This document shows positions 40,246-50,049 of a DNA stretch of 64,000 nt, in pieces. The position numbers and the translations under genes were made by a program. Position 1 is the stretch's first letter. Every line of letters begins with the position of its first letter. The notes beneath the pieces were generated by a model that saw nothing but the letters and a program-made list of their open reading frames with translations, did no database searches and had not been told where the DNA came from. Source of the stretch: Bacteroidota bacterium (lineage in GTDB: Bacteria > Bacteroidota > Bacteroidia > Chitinophagales > CAMDFR01); contig JBAXTO010000001.1 in the NCBI GenBank assembly GCA_037130135.1, forward strand, positions 479,608 through 543,607. The letters run 5' to 3'.

Positions 40246-42357
40246 ATGAAAAAACATCTAACTATCCTATTACTTGTATTTGCTCTAAAAGTATCTGCGC
40301 AAACTACCAATATAAGTGGTATTATCAACCAATATGCTAAAGTTGTAGCCGTTGATAAATGTCTGAATCAAGTGACTGTAGATGATATCACTCCTTTTGC
40401 TGTTGGCGATACTGTTCTTCTTATTCAAATGGCTGGCTCAGATATAGACAATACTAACACTTCTTTTTATGGAAATGTAAACAGCTATAATAATTGTGGT
40501 AATTATGAATTAGCAATTATTAATACGATTGCTATTAATACAATTACTTTTAAAAATGTACTGAACCGCAACTATAATGCTTCCGGCTTAGTACAATTGA
40601 TAACAGTACCTATTTTCAATAATGCGTTTATCAATGATACATTGAAATGTCGTGCTTGGAATGGCTCAATAGGTGGAGTTACCATTGTTAAAGCAATAAA
40701 TAAAATAACCATTGCTAGCGAAATAAACCTGAATGGTAAAGGCTTTCGAGGAGCAGATACACTAAGTGATGATTGTTTTAATTTTGGTATAGGTGGCTGT
40801 AGTGATTATCGTTGCAATCAATTTAGTTTATGTGGAGCTCGAAAAGGAGAAGGTATTTTTATAGCTGATACAAATAATTATTTTGGTAAAGGTCCTTCTG
40901 CTAATGGAGGCGGTGGTGGTAATGACCATAACTCTGGTGGTGGTGGTGGCAGTAATTTCGGAGCTGGTGGTCTAGGTGGAGATCGTATCAATGCTTCTAC
41001 TTTCTCATGTCCTGGCGGAAATCCTGGTATTGGTGGCAGAGCGCTTCAATATGATAACGTAAATAATAAAATTTATATGGGCGGCGGTGGTGGCGCAGGT
41101 GAAGGAAATAATCACCTAAATACCAAAGGTGGCAATGGTGGTGGAATTCTTATATTAATCGCCAATGAAATTGAAGCAAATAATGTAACTATTTTTGCAA
41201 AAGGCGACTCTGTAAAAGGAGTAGCTGCCGGCGATGGTGCAGGTGGAGGTGGTGGTGGTGGTACCGTCCTTCTCGATGCAAACATATTTACAACTACCAA
41301 CTTAAATATCAATGTAAATGGAGCTCGTGGTGGTAATGTGAATAATGGTTTCGATCCAAGCCCTACAAGATGTATGGGGCCTGGTGGTGGTGGAGGTGGT
41401 GGTGCTGTTTGGTTCAGTTCTAGCTCCACTCCTATAGGAATCAATATTACAGCTTTAGGTGGCCCTACAGGTATTACTAGTTGGGCTGGAGCAGATCCAA
41501 GTTGCGCATTACGCTCAAACGGAGGTAGAGACGGAGATGTGGGTGGCTCTCTTTTTGATTTGCAAATTGCAGAAGGAAATAATCTCTATATTCCACATAC
41601 ATTTTCTGTTTGCTGTGATACAATTATCTGCAAAGGTCAAGCGGTTTCCATTCAATCTTCTCAACAAGGCTCTGCTCCTCTTTCTTATTCATGGAATACG
41701 GCAGAAAATACAGCCAATATATTCAATACTCCCACTACATCGGTTACATTTATTTGTATAGGTATAGATGGGATCGGTTGTCCTATAATAGATTCAGCTA
41801 GAGTTATTGTAGAAAGCCTAAATTTAAATATTTATGCTGCGCCTGCAGATACAGTCCTAGAAGGTACAATTGTTACTTTAAATGCTATATTATCAACTCT
41901 AGATCCTATCTTTTGGACGCCAACTACTGGTCTTAATAATATTAATACATTACAACCTACTACTACTGCAACAAATTCAATTACCTATTGTGCATATGGA
42001 GAAACAGCTAGCGGTTGTAAAGATACCGATTGCGTTACCATCATTGTGATTCCTAATCCAGATACTCTTGTTCCTGAACATATTGCTTTTCCTAATGCCT
42101 TTACTCCCAATGGGGATGGAAATAACGACCTATTTACAATAGTTTATTCAGGTAATTACGATATTCAAAACTTCTCTATTTTTAATAGATGGGGCGAAAT
42201 CGTATTTACTACTTCTAATTTAAGTGAAGCTTGGAACGGAAAATTTAAAGGTAAAGACCAAAAAATTGGTACCTATATATATTATCTGACTTTAAAAGAT
42301 TCTACTGCCAAACTTCCTGAAAAAAAATATACAGGAAACATAATGCTTATCAGGTAA
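40246..42357 (+). CDS. Glycine-rich T9SS type-B CTD surface protein (703 aa)
   Basis: Signal peptide (…KVSAQ), then a conserved-looking N-terminal module (ISGIINQYAKV..., GDTVLLIQMAG, GNYELAII, WNGSIGGV, GKGFRGAD), poly-Gly runs, an Ig-like region, and a C-terminal FTPNGDGNNDLF...NRWGEIVF...WNGKFKG domain. Confidence 0.85.
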   Translation: MKKHLTILLLVFALKVSAQTTNISGIINQYAKVVAVDKCLNQVTVDDITPFAVGDTVLLIQMAGSDIDNTNTSFYGNVNSYNNCGNYELAIINTIAINTITFKNVLNRNYNASGLVQLITVPIFNNAFINDTLKCRAWNGSIGGVTIVKAINKITIASEINLNGKGFRGADTLSDDCFNFGIGGCSDYRCNQFSLCGARKGEGIFIADTNNYFGKGPSANGGGGGNDHNSGGGGGSNFGAGGLGGDRINASTFSCPGGNPGIGGRALQYDNVNNKIYMGGGGGAGEGNNHLNTKGGNGGGILILIANEIEANNVTIFAKGDSVKGVAAGDGAGGGGGGGTVLLDANIFTTTNLNINVNGARGGNVNNGFDPSPTRCMGPGGGGGGGAVWFSSSSTPIGINITALGGPTGITSWAGADPSCALRSNGGRDGDVGGSLFDLQIAEGNNLYIPHTFSVCCDTIICKGQAVSIQSSQQGSAPLSYSWNTAENTANIFNTPTTSVTFICIGIDGIGCPIIDSARVIVESLNLNIYAAPADTVLEGTIVTLNAILSTLDPIFWTPTTGLNNINTLQPTTTATNSITYCAYGETASGCKDTDCVTIIVIPNPDTLVPEHIAFPNAFTPNGDGNNDLFTIVYSGNYDIQNFSIFNRWGEIVFTTSNLSEAWNGKFKGKDQKIGTYIYYLTLKDSTAKLPEKKYTGNIMLIR
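40891..41565 (+). repeat. Poly-glycine / beta-strand alternating region (aa ~216-440)
   Basis: ANGGGGGNDHNSGGGGGSNFGAGGLGG..., MGGGGGAGEG, GGNGGGILILIANEIEANNVTIFAKG, GDGAGGGGGGGTVLLDANIFTT, GPGGGGGGGAVWFSS. Confidence 0.85.
42073..42354 (+). other. T9SS type-B C-terminal sorting domain
   Basis: HIAFPNAFTPNGDGNNDLFTI...IFNRWGEIVF...AWNGKFKGKDQKIGTYIYYL...GNIMLIR. Confidence 0.85.
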
Positions 42358-42454
42358 TTTTTCTATATTTTTTTTGCCCATTTCTATGTAAAAATTGTGG
42401 ATAAAAAGCTTAGTTTATTCACATCTAAAAGCCAAATAAATCAAGGTTTTTAAG

Positions 42455-42462
42455 TATATTTG
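42455..42462 (+). promoter_or_regulatory. Candidate -7 box (TAtaTTTG) for gyrA
   Basis: tatatttg lies 30 nt upstream of ATG 42493. Its terminal TTG is the ORF-track start at 42460. Confidence 0.45.
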
Positions 42463-42492
42463 TCCTCCAAAAAATTACATAGAAAATTACTT

Positions 42493-45102
42493 ATGGCAGA
42501 CGACAAGATTATTCCAATTAATATTGAAGAAGAAATGAAAACAGCTTACATAGATTATTCTATGTCAGTTATAGTTTCAAGAGCAATTCCAGATGTACGC
42601 GACGGTCTTAAACCCGTTCATCGTAGAGTACTTTATGGTATGCATGATTTAGGTCTTTATTACAATAAACCTCATAAAAAAAGTGCCCGTATCGTAGGGG
42701 AAGTTTTAGGTAAATACCATCCCCATGGCGATTCATCTGTATATGATGCAATGGTACGTATGGCTCAAGAATGGTCTCTTAGATATCCTCTTGTAGATGG
42801 ACAAGGTAACTTCGGCTCAGTAGATGGCGATAGTCCAGCAGCAATGAGATATACCGAAGCAAGACAAGCAAAAATTACAGAAGAAATTCTAAAAGATATT
42901 GATAAAGAAACCGTAGATTTTAATCTGAATTTCGATGATACTCTTGAAGAACCTTCTGTATTACCTTCAAGAATTCCTACTCTATTAGTTAATGGTGCAT
43001 CTGGTATCGCAGTGGGTATGGCTACAAACATTCTTCCACATAACTTAAGTGAAGTTATTGATGGTATGTTGGCCTATGTAGACAATCATGATATTACTAT
43101 CGATGAACTAATCAAATTCGTAAAAGCACCTGATTTCCCTACAGGTGGTACTATTTATGGTTACGCAGGTGTTAAAGAAGCTTTCGAAACAGGTAGAGGT
43201 AAAATCGTTGTTCGGGGAACTGCTAGTATCGAAGTGGATGAAAAAGGTAGAGAGAATATTATTATCACAGAAATTCCTTACCAAGTTAATAAAGCAGTGC
43301 TTATTCAAAAAATTGCTGAACTCGTTAACGATAAAAAAATTGAAGGCGTTAGTGATATCCGCGATGAAAGTGATAGAGATGGTATGAGGATCGTTGTAGA
43401 TATTAAACGTGATGGTGCTGCAAATGTAGTATTAAATCAACTTTATACGTTTACTCAACTTCAAACCTCATATGGTGTAAATAACGTAGCACTAGTTCAT
43501 GGCAGACCTTACACACTGAATTTATATGATATGATCAAACATTTCATAGAATTCAGACACGACGTGGTTATTCGTCGTACTCAATACGATTTAAAAGATG
43601 CTGAAAAAAGAGCTCATATTTTAGAAGGTCTATTAATTGCTCTTGATAACCTTGACGAAGTAATTTCACTCATCCGTTCTTCTGCTACTGTAGATATAGC
43701 TAAAGAAGGTTTAATAAGCAAATTTGCATTAAGTGAAATTCAAGCAAAAGCAATATTAGATTTACGTCTTCAAAAATTAACTTCATTAGAAAGTGAAAAA
43801 ATTAGAGAAGAACATAAAGAAATAATGAAACTTATCGAAAGTTTAAAAGAAATTTTAGCTAATAGAGATCTTCGTATGCAAATTATTAAAGATGAGCTGG
43901 TAGAAGTGAAAACTAAATTTGGAGATGCTCGTAAAACTCAAATCGAATATGCAGGTGGGGATATAAATATGGAAGATCTTATTGAAAGTGAAGAAGTAGT
44001 TATCACAATATCTCATTTAGGGTATATTAAAAGAACATCTCTAAATGAATTCAAATCTCAAAATAGAGGTGGTACCGGATCTAAAGGGGCCTCTACTCGT
44101 AATGAAGATTTTACTGAACATCTACTACTTGCTAATACACATAATTATATGCTGTTCTTTACTACTAGTGGTAAATGTTTATGGCTGAAAGTATATGAAA
44201 TTCCTGAAGGGAATAAAGGCGGTAAAGGTAGAGCTATTCAGAATATCATGAACTTACCTGCTGAAGATAAGATTATGGCTTATATGCCTGTAAAAAATCT
44301 TAAAGATGAAGAATATTTAAATAATCATTATGTAATGTTCTGTACCAAATTAGGGGTAATCAAAAAAACATTATTAGAAGAGTTCTCTCGTCCTCGTCAA
44401 AATGGTATACAAGCTATTACAATCAGAGAAGATGATCAGTTATTAGAAGCTATTTTAACAAATGGTAAATATGAAGTGCTTTTAGCAAAACGAAGTGGTA
44501 AAGCAATTCGTTTTAACGAAAGTAAAGTTAGAGCTTCTGGTAGAACTTCCATGGGGGTAACTGGTGTTGAATTAGAATCTTCAAATGATGAAGTAATTGG
44601 TATGGTTTGCGTTAATCCTGAAGATAAAGGTAGAACCATTATGGTTGTATCTGAAAAAGGTTTCGGAAAACGTACTTTCTTAGATGATCCTGAAACTGGT
44701 GAAAATAATTATAGAGTTACCAATAGAGGCGGTAAAGGAGTAAAAACCTTAAATATTACCGAAAAAACTGGTGATTTGATTGCTATAAAAGATGTAACCG
44801 AAGAAGATCACTTAATGATTATTAATAAATCAGGTATCACTATTCGAATTGCACTTAAAAATATCAGAACGGCAGGCAGAGCCACTCAAGGTGTTACACT
44901 TATCAAATTAAAAGATAATGATGAAATAGCTGCTGTTGCTAAAATTGAAAATGGTGAATCTTTAGAAAGTGATGCGGCTGAATTATTAGAAAATGAAGAA
45001 ATTAGTATAGATTCTTCATTACCTATAGAAAATTCTGATAATATAAATGAATCTCCTAACGAAGATTCAATTTCAAATGAACCTGTAGAACCAGAAAATT
45101 AG
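42493..45102 (+). CDS. gyrA: DNA gyrase subunit A
   Basis: [30 protein letters not shown], active-site AAMRYTEAR, a C-terminal beta-pinwheel, and an acidic tail. ATG 42493 is preferred over TTG 42460. Confidence 0.96.
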   Translation: MADDKIIPINIEEEMKTAYIDYSMSVIVSRAIPDVRDGLKPVHRRVLYGMHDLGLYYNKPHKKSARIVGEVLGKYHPHGDSSVYDAMVRMAQEWSLRYPLVDGQGNFGSVDGDSPAAMRYTEARQAKITEEILKDIDKETVDFNLNFDDTLEEPSVLPSRIPTLLVNGASGIAVGMATNILPHNLSEVIDGMLAYVDNHDITIDELIKFVKAPDFPTGGTIYGYAGVKEAFETGRGKIVVRGTASIEVDEKGRENIIITEIPYQVNKAVLIQKIAELVNDKKIEGVSDIRDESDRDGMRIVVDIKRDGAANVVLNQLYTFTQLQTSYGVNNVALVHGRPYTLNLYDMIKHFIEFRHDVVIRRTQYDLKDAEKRAHILEGLLIALDNLDEVISLIRSSATVDIAKEGLISKFALSEIQAKAILDLRLQKLTSLESEKIREEHKEIMKLIESLKEILANRDLRMQIIKDELVEVKTKFGDARKTQIEYAGGDINMEDLIESEEVVITISHLGYIKRTSLNEFKSQNRGGTGSKGASTRNEDFTEHLLLANTHNYMLFFTTSGKCLWLKVYEIPEGNKGGKGRAIQNIMNLPAEDKIMAYMPVKNLKDEEYLNNHYVMFCTKLGVIKKTLLEEFSRPRQNGIQAITIREDDQLLEAILTNGKYEVLLAKRSGKAIRFNESKVRASGRTSMGVTGVELESSNDEVIGMVCVNPEDKGRTIMVVSEKGFGKRTFLDDPETGENNYRVTNRGGKGVKTLNITEKTGDLIAIKDVTEEDHLMIINKSGITIRIALKNIRTAGRATQGVTLIKLKDNDEIAAVAKIENGESLESDAAELLENEEISIDSSLPIENSDNINESPNEDSISNEPVEPEN

Positions 45103-45152
45103 GCACAATTTTTATACACTAAATTGAAAATATTTTAAATAAAATTAATAAA

Positions 45153-46304
45153 ATGAAAAAAAATCTTTTAATTATTACTTTATCTTTATTTACATTAATC
45201 ATTAATGCTCAACAAGTTAAAATTACTTCAGCACAAACATATCTAGATGCTTATCTTCAAAAAGAAGGTGATCAAAATCTAGAAAAAGCAAAGTCTGAAA
45301 TCGATGAAGCCACTCTAAACGAAAAAACAATTGGTATGGCCAAAACTTGGTTCGTAAAAGGTGAAATTTATCAAACTATTTATGAAAGTGTTACCATTGC
45401 TCCAAAGTTCGCTACAGTGAATATCCTTGATGAAGCTTACGAGGCTTATAAAAAAGCAATTACTCTAAATGATGTTCGTTTTAGAGATCAAGAAGCAACA
45501 TTTACTTATTTAAAAAGTATATGTAGTTATTTGAATAACAGAGGAGTAGATCAATACCAAGCAAAAAAATATGCTGAAGCTTACCAATCTTTTATTAAGT
45601 TGGAAGATGCAAACACATTTTATGAAGCTAATAAACAAAAATTCCCAATAGATATTAGTGCCATCAGAAGCAATGCTGGGTTATGTGCTCAAAATGCTGG
45701 AATGACTGATGAAGCTATCAAATTATATGAAGGGATCATCGCTAAAGGTTCAGATGATGCTAGTTTATACGCAACATTAGCAAATTTATATACTAAAATG
45801 GGTAGAACAGCTGATTCTAAAAAATTAGTAGATGATGCCGTAATTAAATTTCCAAATAATATTAACTTGATTATCACTAAGTTAAATTTTTATATTACTG
45901 AAGGTAAATATGTTGAAGCCATCGATATCATTAAAAAAGCAATTGATTTAGACCCTAAAAATGATCAACTTTACGTTGCAGCAGGCTTAGCTTACGATAA
46001 AATGAAAGATGTTGTGAAATGTAGAGAGATGTACACTAAAGCTACTGAGTTGAATCCCAACAACTTAAATGCTTGGAACAATTTAGGAGGTACTTACGTT
46101 GAAGAAGCTAATGGGTATATTATTCAAATGAATGCCCTAGGTAATACTAAAGAAGATATTGCAAAAAGTAATGATTTAGATGCAAAAAAATTAAATGCTT
46201 ATAAAAATGCTAGACCATATATAGAAAAAGCTTTATCTTTGAACCCTAATGATGAAAATCTAAAAAGAGTAATGATGAAAATTAAAGCAAATCTAGATAA
46301 TTAA
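45153..46304 (+). CDS. Secreted TPR-repeat protein
   Basis: Signal peptide and multiple TPR-like units (YEAYKKAITLN, YEGIIAKGSDDASLY, IKKAIDLDPKNDQLY, YTKATELNPNNLNAW, IEKALSLNPNDENL). Confidence 0.7.
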   Translation: MKKNLLIITLSLFTLIINAQQVKITSAQTYLDAYLQKEGDQNLEKAKSEIDEATLNEKTIGMAKTWFVKGEIYQTIYESVTIAPKFATVNILDEAYEAYKKAITLNDVRFRDQEATFTYLKSICSYLNNRGVDQYQAKKYAEAYQSFIKLEDANTFYEANKQKFPIDISAIRSNAGLCAQNAGMTDEAIKLYEGIIAKGSDDASLYATLANLYTKMGRTADSKKLVDDAVIKFPNNINLIITKLNFYITEGKYVEAIDIIKKAIDLDPKNDQLYVAAGLAYDKMKDVVKCREMYTKATELNPNNLNAWNNLGGTYVEEANGYIIQMNALGNTKEDIAKSNDLDAKKLNAYKNARPYIEKALSLNPNDENLKRVMMKIKANLDN

Positions 46305-46350
46305 AATATAGCTTTTTTGTTGTTGCCATTTACTTATAAATGGCATAAAG

Positions 46351-46376
46351 ACTCCTGAGAAATCAGGAGTTTTTTA
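46351..46376 (+). terminator. Rho-independent terminator after the TPR gene, preceded by a second hairpin at 46325..46344
   Basis: Perfect 8-bp stem actcctga/tcaggagt, loop gaaa, then T5. Just upstream lies the hairpin gccattta-ctta-taaatggc. Confidence 0.8.
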
Positions 46377-46593
46377 TTTTATATCAAACTGTATTATTAA
46401 CTAGTTTATACAATCAGTATTTACTTGTTAAACTAGTAGTAAATAATAGTATTCAAAACTCATCTAATAATTCATTCTCACAAGTCAATTATGTAATCTT
46501 ATGTAATCCTAGAAAACCTTGAATCAAATAAACCATTAGTCATTATACTTCATCAATCAATTGATTTCGATTGTCCTAAAGTAAAATTCAAAC

Positions 46594-46622
46594 AAAAAAA
46601 AACGCCCTGATTGTTCAGGACG
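46594..46622 (-). terminator. Rho-independent terminator after tonB
   Basis: Stem cgccctga/tcaggacg (8 bp with 1 mismatch), loop ttgt. On the minus strand it is followed by a T9-10 run (the plus-strand A-run at 46594..46602). Confidence 0.7.
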
Positions 46623-46646
46623 TTTTTATTATTAATAACCAAATAA

Positions 46647-47459
46647 TTATTGTAAAGTGAAGTTAATCGGCATGTTAAACCATAAACGAACTGGTTTACC
46701 ATTGTTTTTAGCTGGTGTCCATCTTGGCATACTTTGTATAACTCTAATGGCTTCTTTATCTATACCAGGACTAACTTTTTTCAATATCTCCACATTTGAT
46801 ACTTGTCCATCTTTTTCAACTACAAATCGAACTAATACTTTACCAGAAATATCTGCTTCTTTTTCATAAGCTGGATAAGTAATATGATCTCTAACAAATT
46901 TCATTAATGCTGCATCACCCCCAGGAAATTGTGCATTCTCTTCAGCACCTGTAAATATTTCTTCAGGTTTATCCTCAATTACAGGAGCAACCGTTACTTT
47001 TTCTTCAGGTATTACGATATCGTCATTTCCTTCTTGTGTAGTAGTTGAAACTTTAGTATCAATAAGTTCTTCTTGAGTTTTAACCTCTTCTTTCACTTCT
47101 TCATCCACTATAACAGTTTCTACGAACTTTGTAGTTTCAATTTTCGGAGGTTCTTGAATGGGAGGAGGAGGAGGTGGTGGTGGTGGTAAATCTTCTTTTA
47201 ATTTTTCTATAGGATCTATAGTAATTTGTTCATTAGATAATACCTTTTCTTTTTTCTCTTCTTTTTTCATGCTTGAAATGATAGTGGGTACACCTACTGC
47301 TAATAACATTGCAGAAATACCTACTAGGCATGATAACATCATAGTTCTACCATATCCTTTACGGATTTGATATGCTCCATATGCTTTGTTTTTATCAGCA
47401 AAAACTAATTCATTTCTTTCTGAGTTAATTTCGTCTGACCAATCTGAAAATATATTCAT
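46647..47459 (-). CDS. tonB: Energy transducer TonB
   Basis: N-terminal TM, a P9 proline run (LPPPPPPPPPIQEPP), and a C-terminal TonB_C (AQFPGGDAALMKFVRDHITYP...GKVLVRFVVEKDGQVSNVEILK...W.PAKNNGKPV). Confidence 0.88.
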   Translation of the reverse strand: MNIFSDWSDEINSERNELVFADKNKAYGAYQIRKGYGRTMMLSCLVGISAMLLAVGVPTIISSMKKEEKKEKVLSNEQITIDPIEKLKEDLPPPPPPPPPIQEPPKIETTKFVETVIVDEEVKEEVKTQEELIDTKVSTTTQEGNDDIVIPEEKVTVAPVIEDKPEEIFTGAEENAQFPGGDAALMKFVRDHITYPAYEKEADISGKVLVRFVVEKDGQVSNVEILKKVSPGIDKEAIRVIQSMPRWTPAKNNGKPVRLWFNMPINFTLQ

Positions 47460-47485
47460 ATTTCTTAATTTATTTATTAATAAAT

Positions 47486-48109
47486 TTATTTGACTGCATC
47501 TAATTTTGCTTTCTCTTCTGGTGTCATATCCATTATTGAAAACTTACCAATGTCTGTAATATTTAATTCGTCTACTACATCAATTACATTCTTATAACTA
47601 GCTTTTTCATCCGCTTTAATTAAAACAACCAATGCATCTTTATCACTTTTTATTTCACGAGACTTTAGTTTAAATAAAGAGTCTGCAAATACTTGAGGAT
47701 AATTCCATTTTTGTGCATCTCTTCTTAACACGTTCATGTTTTTGATAATTTTACTATTTCCATTAGTAAAAATCATTCTTAATCCTGTGTTAGAAAAATT
47801 AGTTTTCTCAATTACTGTTTCTGGTTTTAAAGCACCTGGATACCAATATACTTTGCCATTCTCTCCTAATAATATCGAAATACCATTCGCCTTTACTTTA
47901 TCTATTTGATCTTCAGGTTTTGGCTTAGCTGGGAAAGCTAAATCCATAGCTTTTGGTTTATTGAACGTAGAAGTTAATATAAAGAAAGTAAGTAATAAGA
48001 ATGCTAAATCTACCATGGGAGTCATATCTATCCTTGTAGAACTTTTTTTGGCGCGTTTTTTCGAGTGCTTCCCTCCGCCGCCGCCGCCACTTTCCTGTAT
48101 TTCTGCCAT
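47486..48109 (-). CDS. exbD: Biopolymer transporter ExbD/TolR family
   Basis: IDMTPMVDLAFLLLTFFILTS signature TM. Basic N-terminus with a G6 run. Confidence 0.85.
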   Translation of the reverse strand: MAEIQESGGGGGGKHSKKRAKKSSTRIDMTPMVDLAFLLLTFFILTSTFNKPKAMDLAFPAKPKPEDQIDKVKANGISILLGENGKVYWYPGALKPETVIEKTNFSNTGLRMIFTNGNSKIIKNMNVLRRDAQKWNYPQVFADSLFKLKSREIKSDKDALVVLIKADEKASYKNVIDVVDELNITDIGKFSIMDMTPEEKAKLDAVK

Positions 48110-48139
48110 TTTATTTTTTTCTAATAATTAATAAAAAAA

Positions 48140-48799
48140 TTATCTCTTCTCTTCCATAGTAGTAATCATATTAAACTGATAGATTTCTCTATTTGTAAAT
48201 ACATCAATTACTTTTTTTACTTTAACATATGGAGCACCTGCATCGGCTTTAATAGCAAATTTTAAATCTAATTTCTTTTTATCAAATTCTTCTTTTTTAG
48301 CTTCTGCGTCATTTTTTTTAGCTTGTAGGTCATACTGATAATTTTTATAGGCGATTAATACCCATTGATCTAATTGATTATCTGTACTATCCATAGGAAT
48401 TCCTGGTGAAGGAATAGCTAAACGTTGTGATTCACTTGCATTGATGTAAGCTTTTAAGGATGCTACTGGCACTCCAAAACTAGTCATTACACCAAATCTT
48501 TTTAATTCATCTTCGGTGAACTTAATTCCATATTTACCTCCTATTTCTTCTAAGGTTTTTCTTCTTACTGCAGCATTAGTTATACTAAAAAATGGTTTTC
48601 CGTCTTTATCAATACTAATAAGCATATAATTATCTGGAAGCATTTTTTCTGAAATAGATGATGGAGTATCCACCACTACTGGTTCTGCTGCTCTAAAAGA
48701 AGCTGTTAACATGAAAAAAGTCACCAAAAGGAAAGCCAAATCCACCATCGGAGTCATATCCAAAGAAGGTGTACTTTTAGGCATCTTTATTTTTGGCAT
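48140..48799 (-). CDS. exbD: Biopolymer transporter ExbD/TolR family (second copy)
   Basis: LDMTPMVDLAFLLVTFFMLTAS signature TM. Confidence 0.85.
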   Translation of the reverse strand: MPKIKMPKSTPSLDMTPMVDLAFLLVTFFMLTASFRAAEPVVVDTPSSISEKMLPDNYMLISIDKDGKPFFSITNAAVRRKTLEEIGGKYGIKFTEDELKRFGVMTSFGVPVASLKAYINASESQRLAIPSPGIPMDSTDNQLDQWVLIAYKNYQYDLQAKKNDAEAKKEEFDKKKLDLKFAIKADAGAPYVKVKKVIDVFTNREIYQFNMITTMEEKR

Positions 48800-48832
48800 A
48801 TTCTATTTTTTTATTTTATCTAAGAAATATAA

Positions 48833-49639
48833 TTAATGACCTTTTTCATTGAATGTTTGTACAATACTATACCCAGCTTCATCCATACCATAAGTCATGG
48901 CATCGATTTTACTCGAGAAGAAATTGTACGCTACGATAGCAACACAAGAACCAGCAATTCCTAAAAATGTATTGATAAGAGCCTCAGAAATACCAGTTGC
49001 TAACGCAGTTGTATCAGGTGCACCTGCATTTGCTAAAGCGGCAAATGAACGAATCATACCTAATACTGTTCCAATCAAACCTAATAATGTAGCGATTGAT
49101 GCACAAGTGGATAAAATAACTAAGTTTTTAGATAACATAGGTAATTCTAATGATGTTGCTTCTTCTAAATCTTTTTGAATAGCTGCTACTTTAGCTTCTT
49201 TATCAATTGAAGCATCATTTTGTACAAATTTATATTTTTGTAAACCAGCTTTTACAACAGCTGCTAATGAACCTTTTTGTTTGTCGCAATCAGCTATTGC
49301 TCCATCAACTTGACCAGCACCTAATTTTGATTTTACATTTCTAATAAAAGTTTCTGTATTTCCACTACCACCTGCTTTAAACAAAGTGATAATTCTTTCT
49401 AATGAGAAAACGATGATAATTAAATCAACCGCAATCAAAATTGGTACTACAGCAATACCGCCTTTGTGAATGGTACCTAACATATTTAATGGATGTCCTT
49501 TTTCTGGATCTCCTCCTTCAAAATTTCCATGTGCTCCTAAGATAAACACATAAATACAATAAGCGATAATAATTACAACTGGAATTGCAACTGATGCGAA
49601 AATTGAACTTCCTTTTCCTCCTGAATTTTGATTACTCAT
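48833..49639 (-). CDS. exbB: MotA/TolQ/ExbB proton-channel protein
   Basis: Three TM segments and a conserved C-terminal region (LGLIGTVLGMIRSF...ISEALINTFLGI). Confidence 0.88.
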   Translation of the reverse strand: MSNQNSGGKGSSIFASVAIPVVIIIAYCIYVFILGAHGNFEGGDPEKGHPLNMLGTIHKGGIAVVPILIAVDLIIIVFSLERIITLFKAGGSGNTETFIRNVKSKLGAGQVDGAIADCDKQKGSLAAVVKAGLQKYKFVQNDASIDKEAKVAAIQKDLEEATSLELPMLSKNLVILSTCASIATLLGLIGTVLGMIRSFAALANAGAPDTTALATGISEALINTFLGIAGSCVAIVAYNFFSSKIDAMTYGMDEAGYSIVQTFNEKGH

Positions 49640-49702
49640 AATTTTTTTTATTTGTTTTTGTTTAGTTAATTAATTATTCAGTTTTTATTTTTTTAGAGTA
49701 GG

Positions 49703-49710
49703 CAAACATA
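49703..49710 (-). promoter_or_regulatory. Candidate -7 box (TAtgTTTG) for the exbB-exbD-exbD-tonB operon
   Basis: The minus-strand sequence tatgtttg lies about 64 nt upstream of ATG 49639. Confidence 0.35.
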
Positions 49711-49991
49711 AGCGAAAAAATGGAAATTAGGAAACAAATCATATTCTATCTGTAATTATTTTTTTTAACAATATGTTAACCTAGATAACTCTATTACCAT
49801 TTTTCCATAAATATTGCTTACACCTACTTTAAATGTGCAAATGAATCTATTTTCATAATTACAACTGTCATATTTATGTCATTTTAATGTATAATAAAGT
49901 ACATTAGAGAAAATTAACAAGTGTACATATATCTATACATTCATTAATCTGATTATTGATAATCTTACTATATCTATGTTTCGAATGACTA

Positions 49992-49999
49992 TACTTTTG
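49992..49999 (+). promoter_or_regulatory. Candidate -7 box (TActTTTG) for the second exbB/tolQ-like operon
   Basis: tacttttg lies 50 nt upstream of ATG 50050. Confidence 0.4.
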
Positions 50000-50049
50000 G
50001 TGTAATAAAAAAACTTAATTCATCGTTAGACTTATTAAATCAAAAACCT

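Noticed and set aside
41112-41444. A 110-aa Pro-rich antisense ORF inside the 40246..42357 gene.
   Set aside because: It is the reverse complement of Gly-codon runs (CCN) and has the same compositional artefact as above.
47158-47370. A 70-aa plus-strand ORF starting MGGGGGGGGGK.
   Set aside because: It is antisense to the poly-proline run of TonB, and the TonB frame has full-length domain support.
49951-49964. A Fur-box-like word, gattattgataatc.
   Set aside because: Only the TGATAATC core matches, about 12/19 to the enterobacterial consensus by my count. Such AT-rich words are expected by chance here, and the Bacteroidota Fur motif may differ. It is kept only as a low-interest note.
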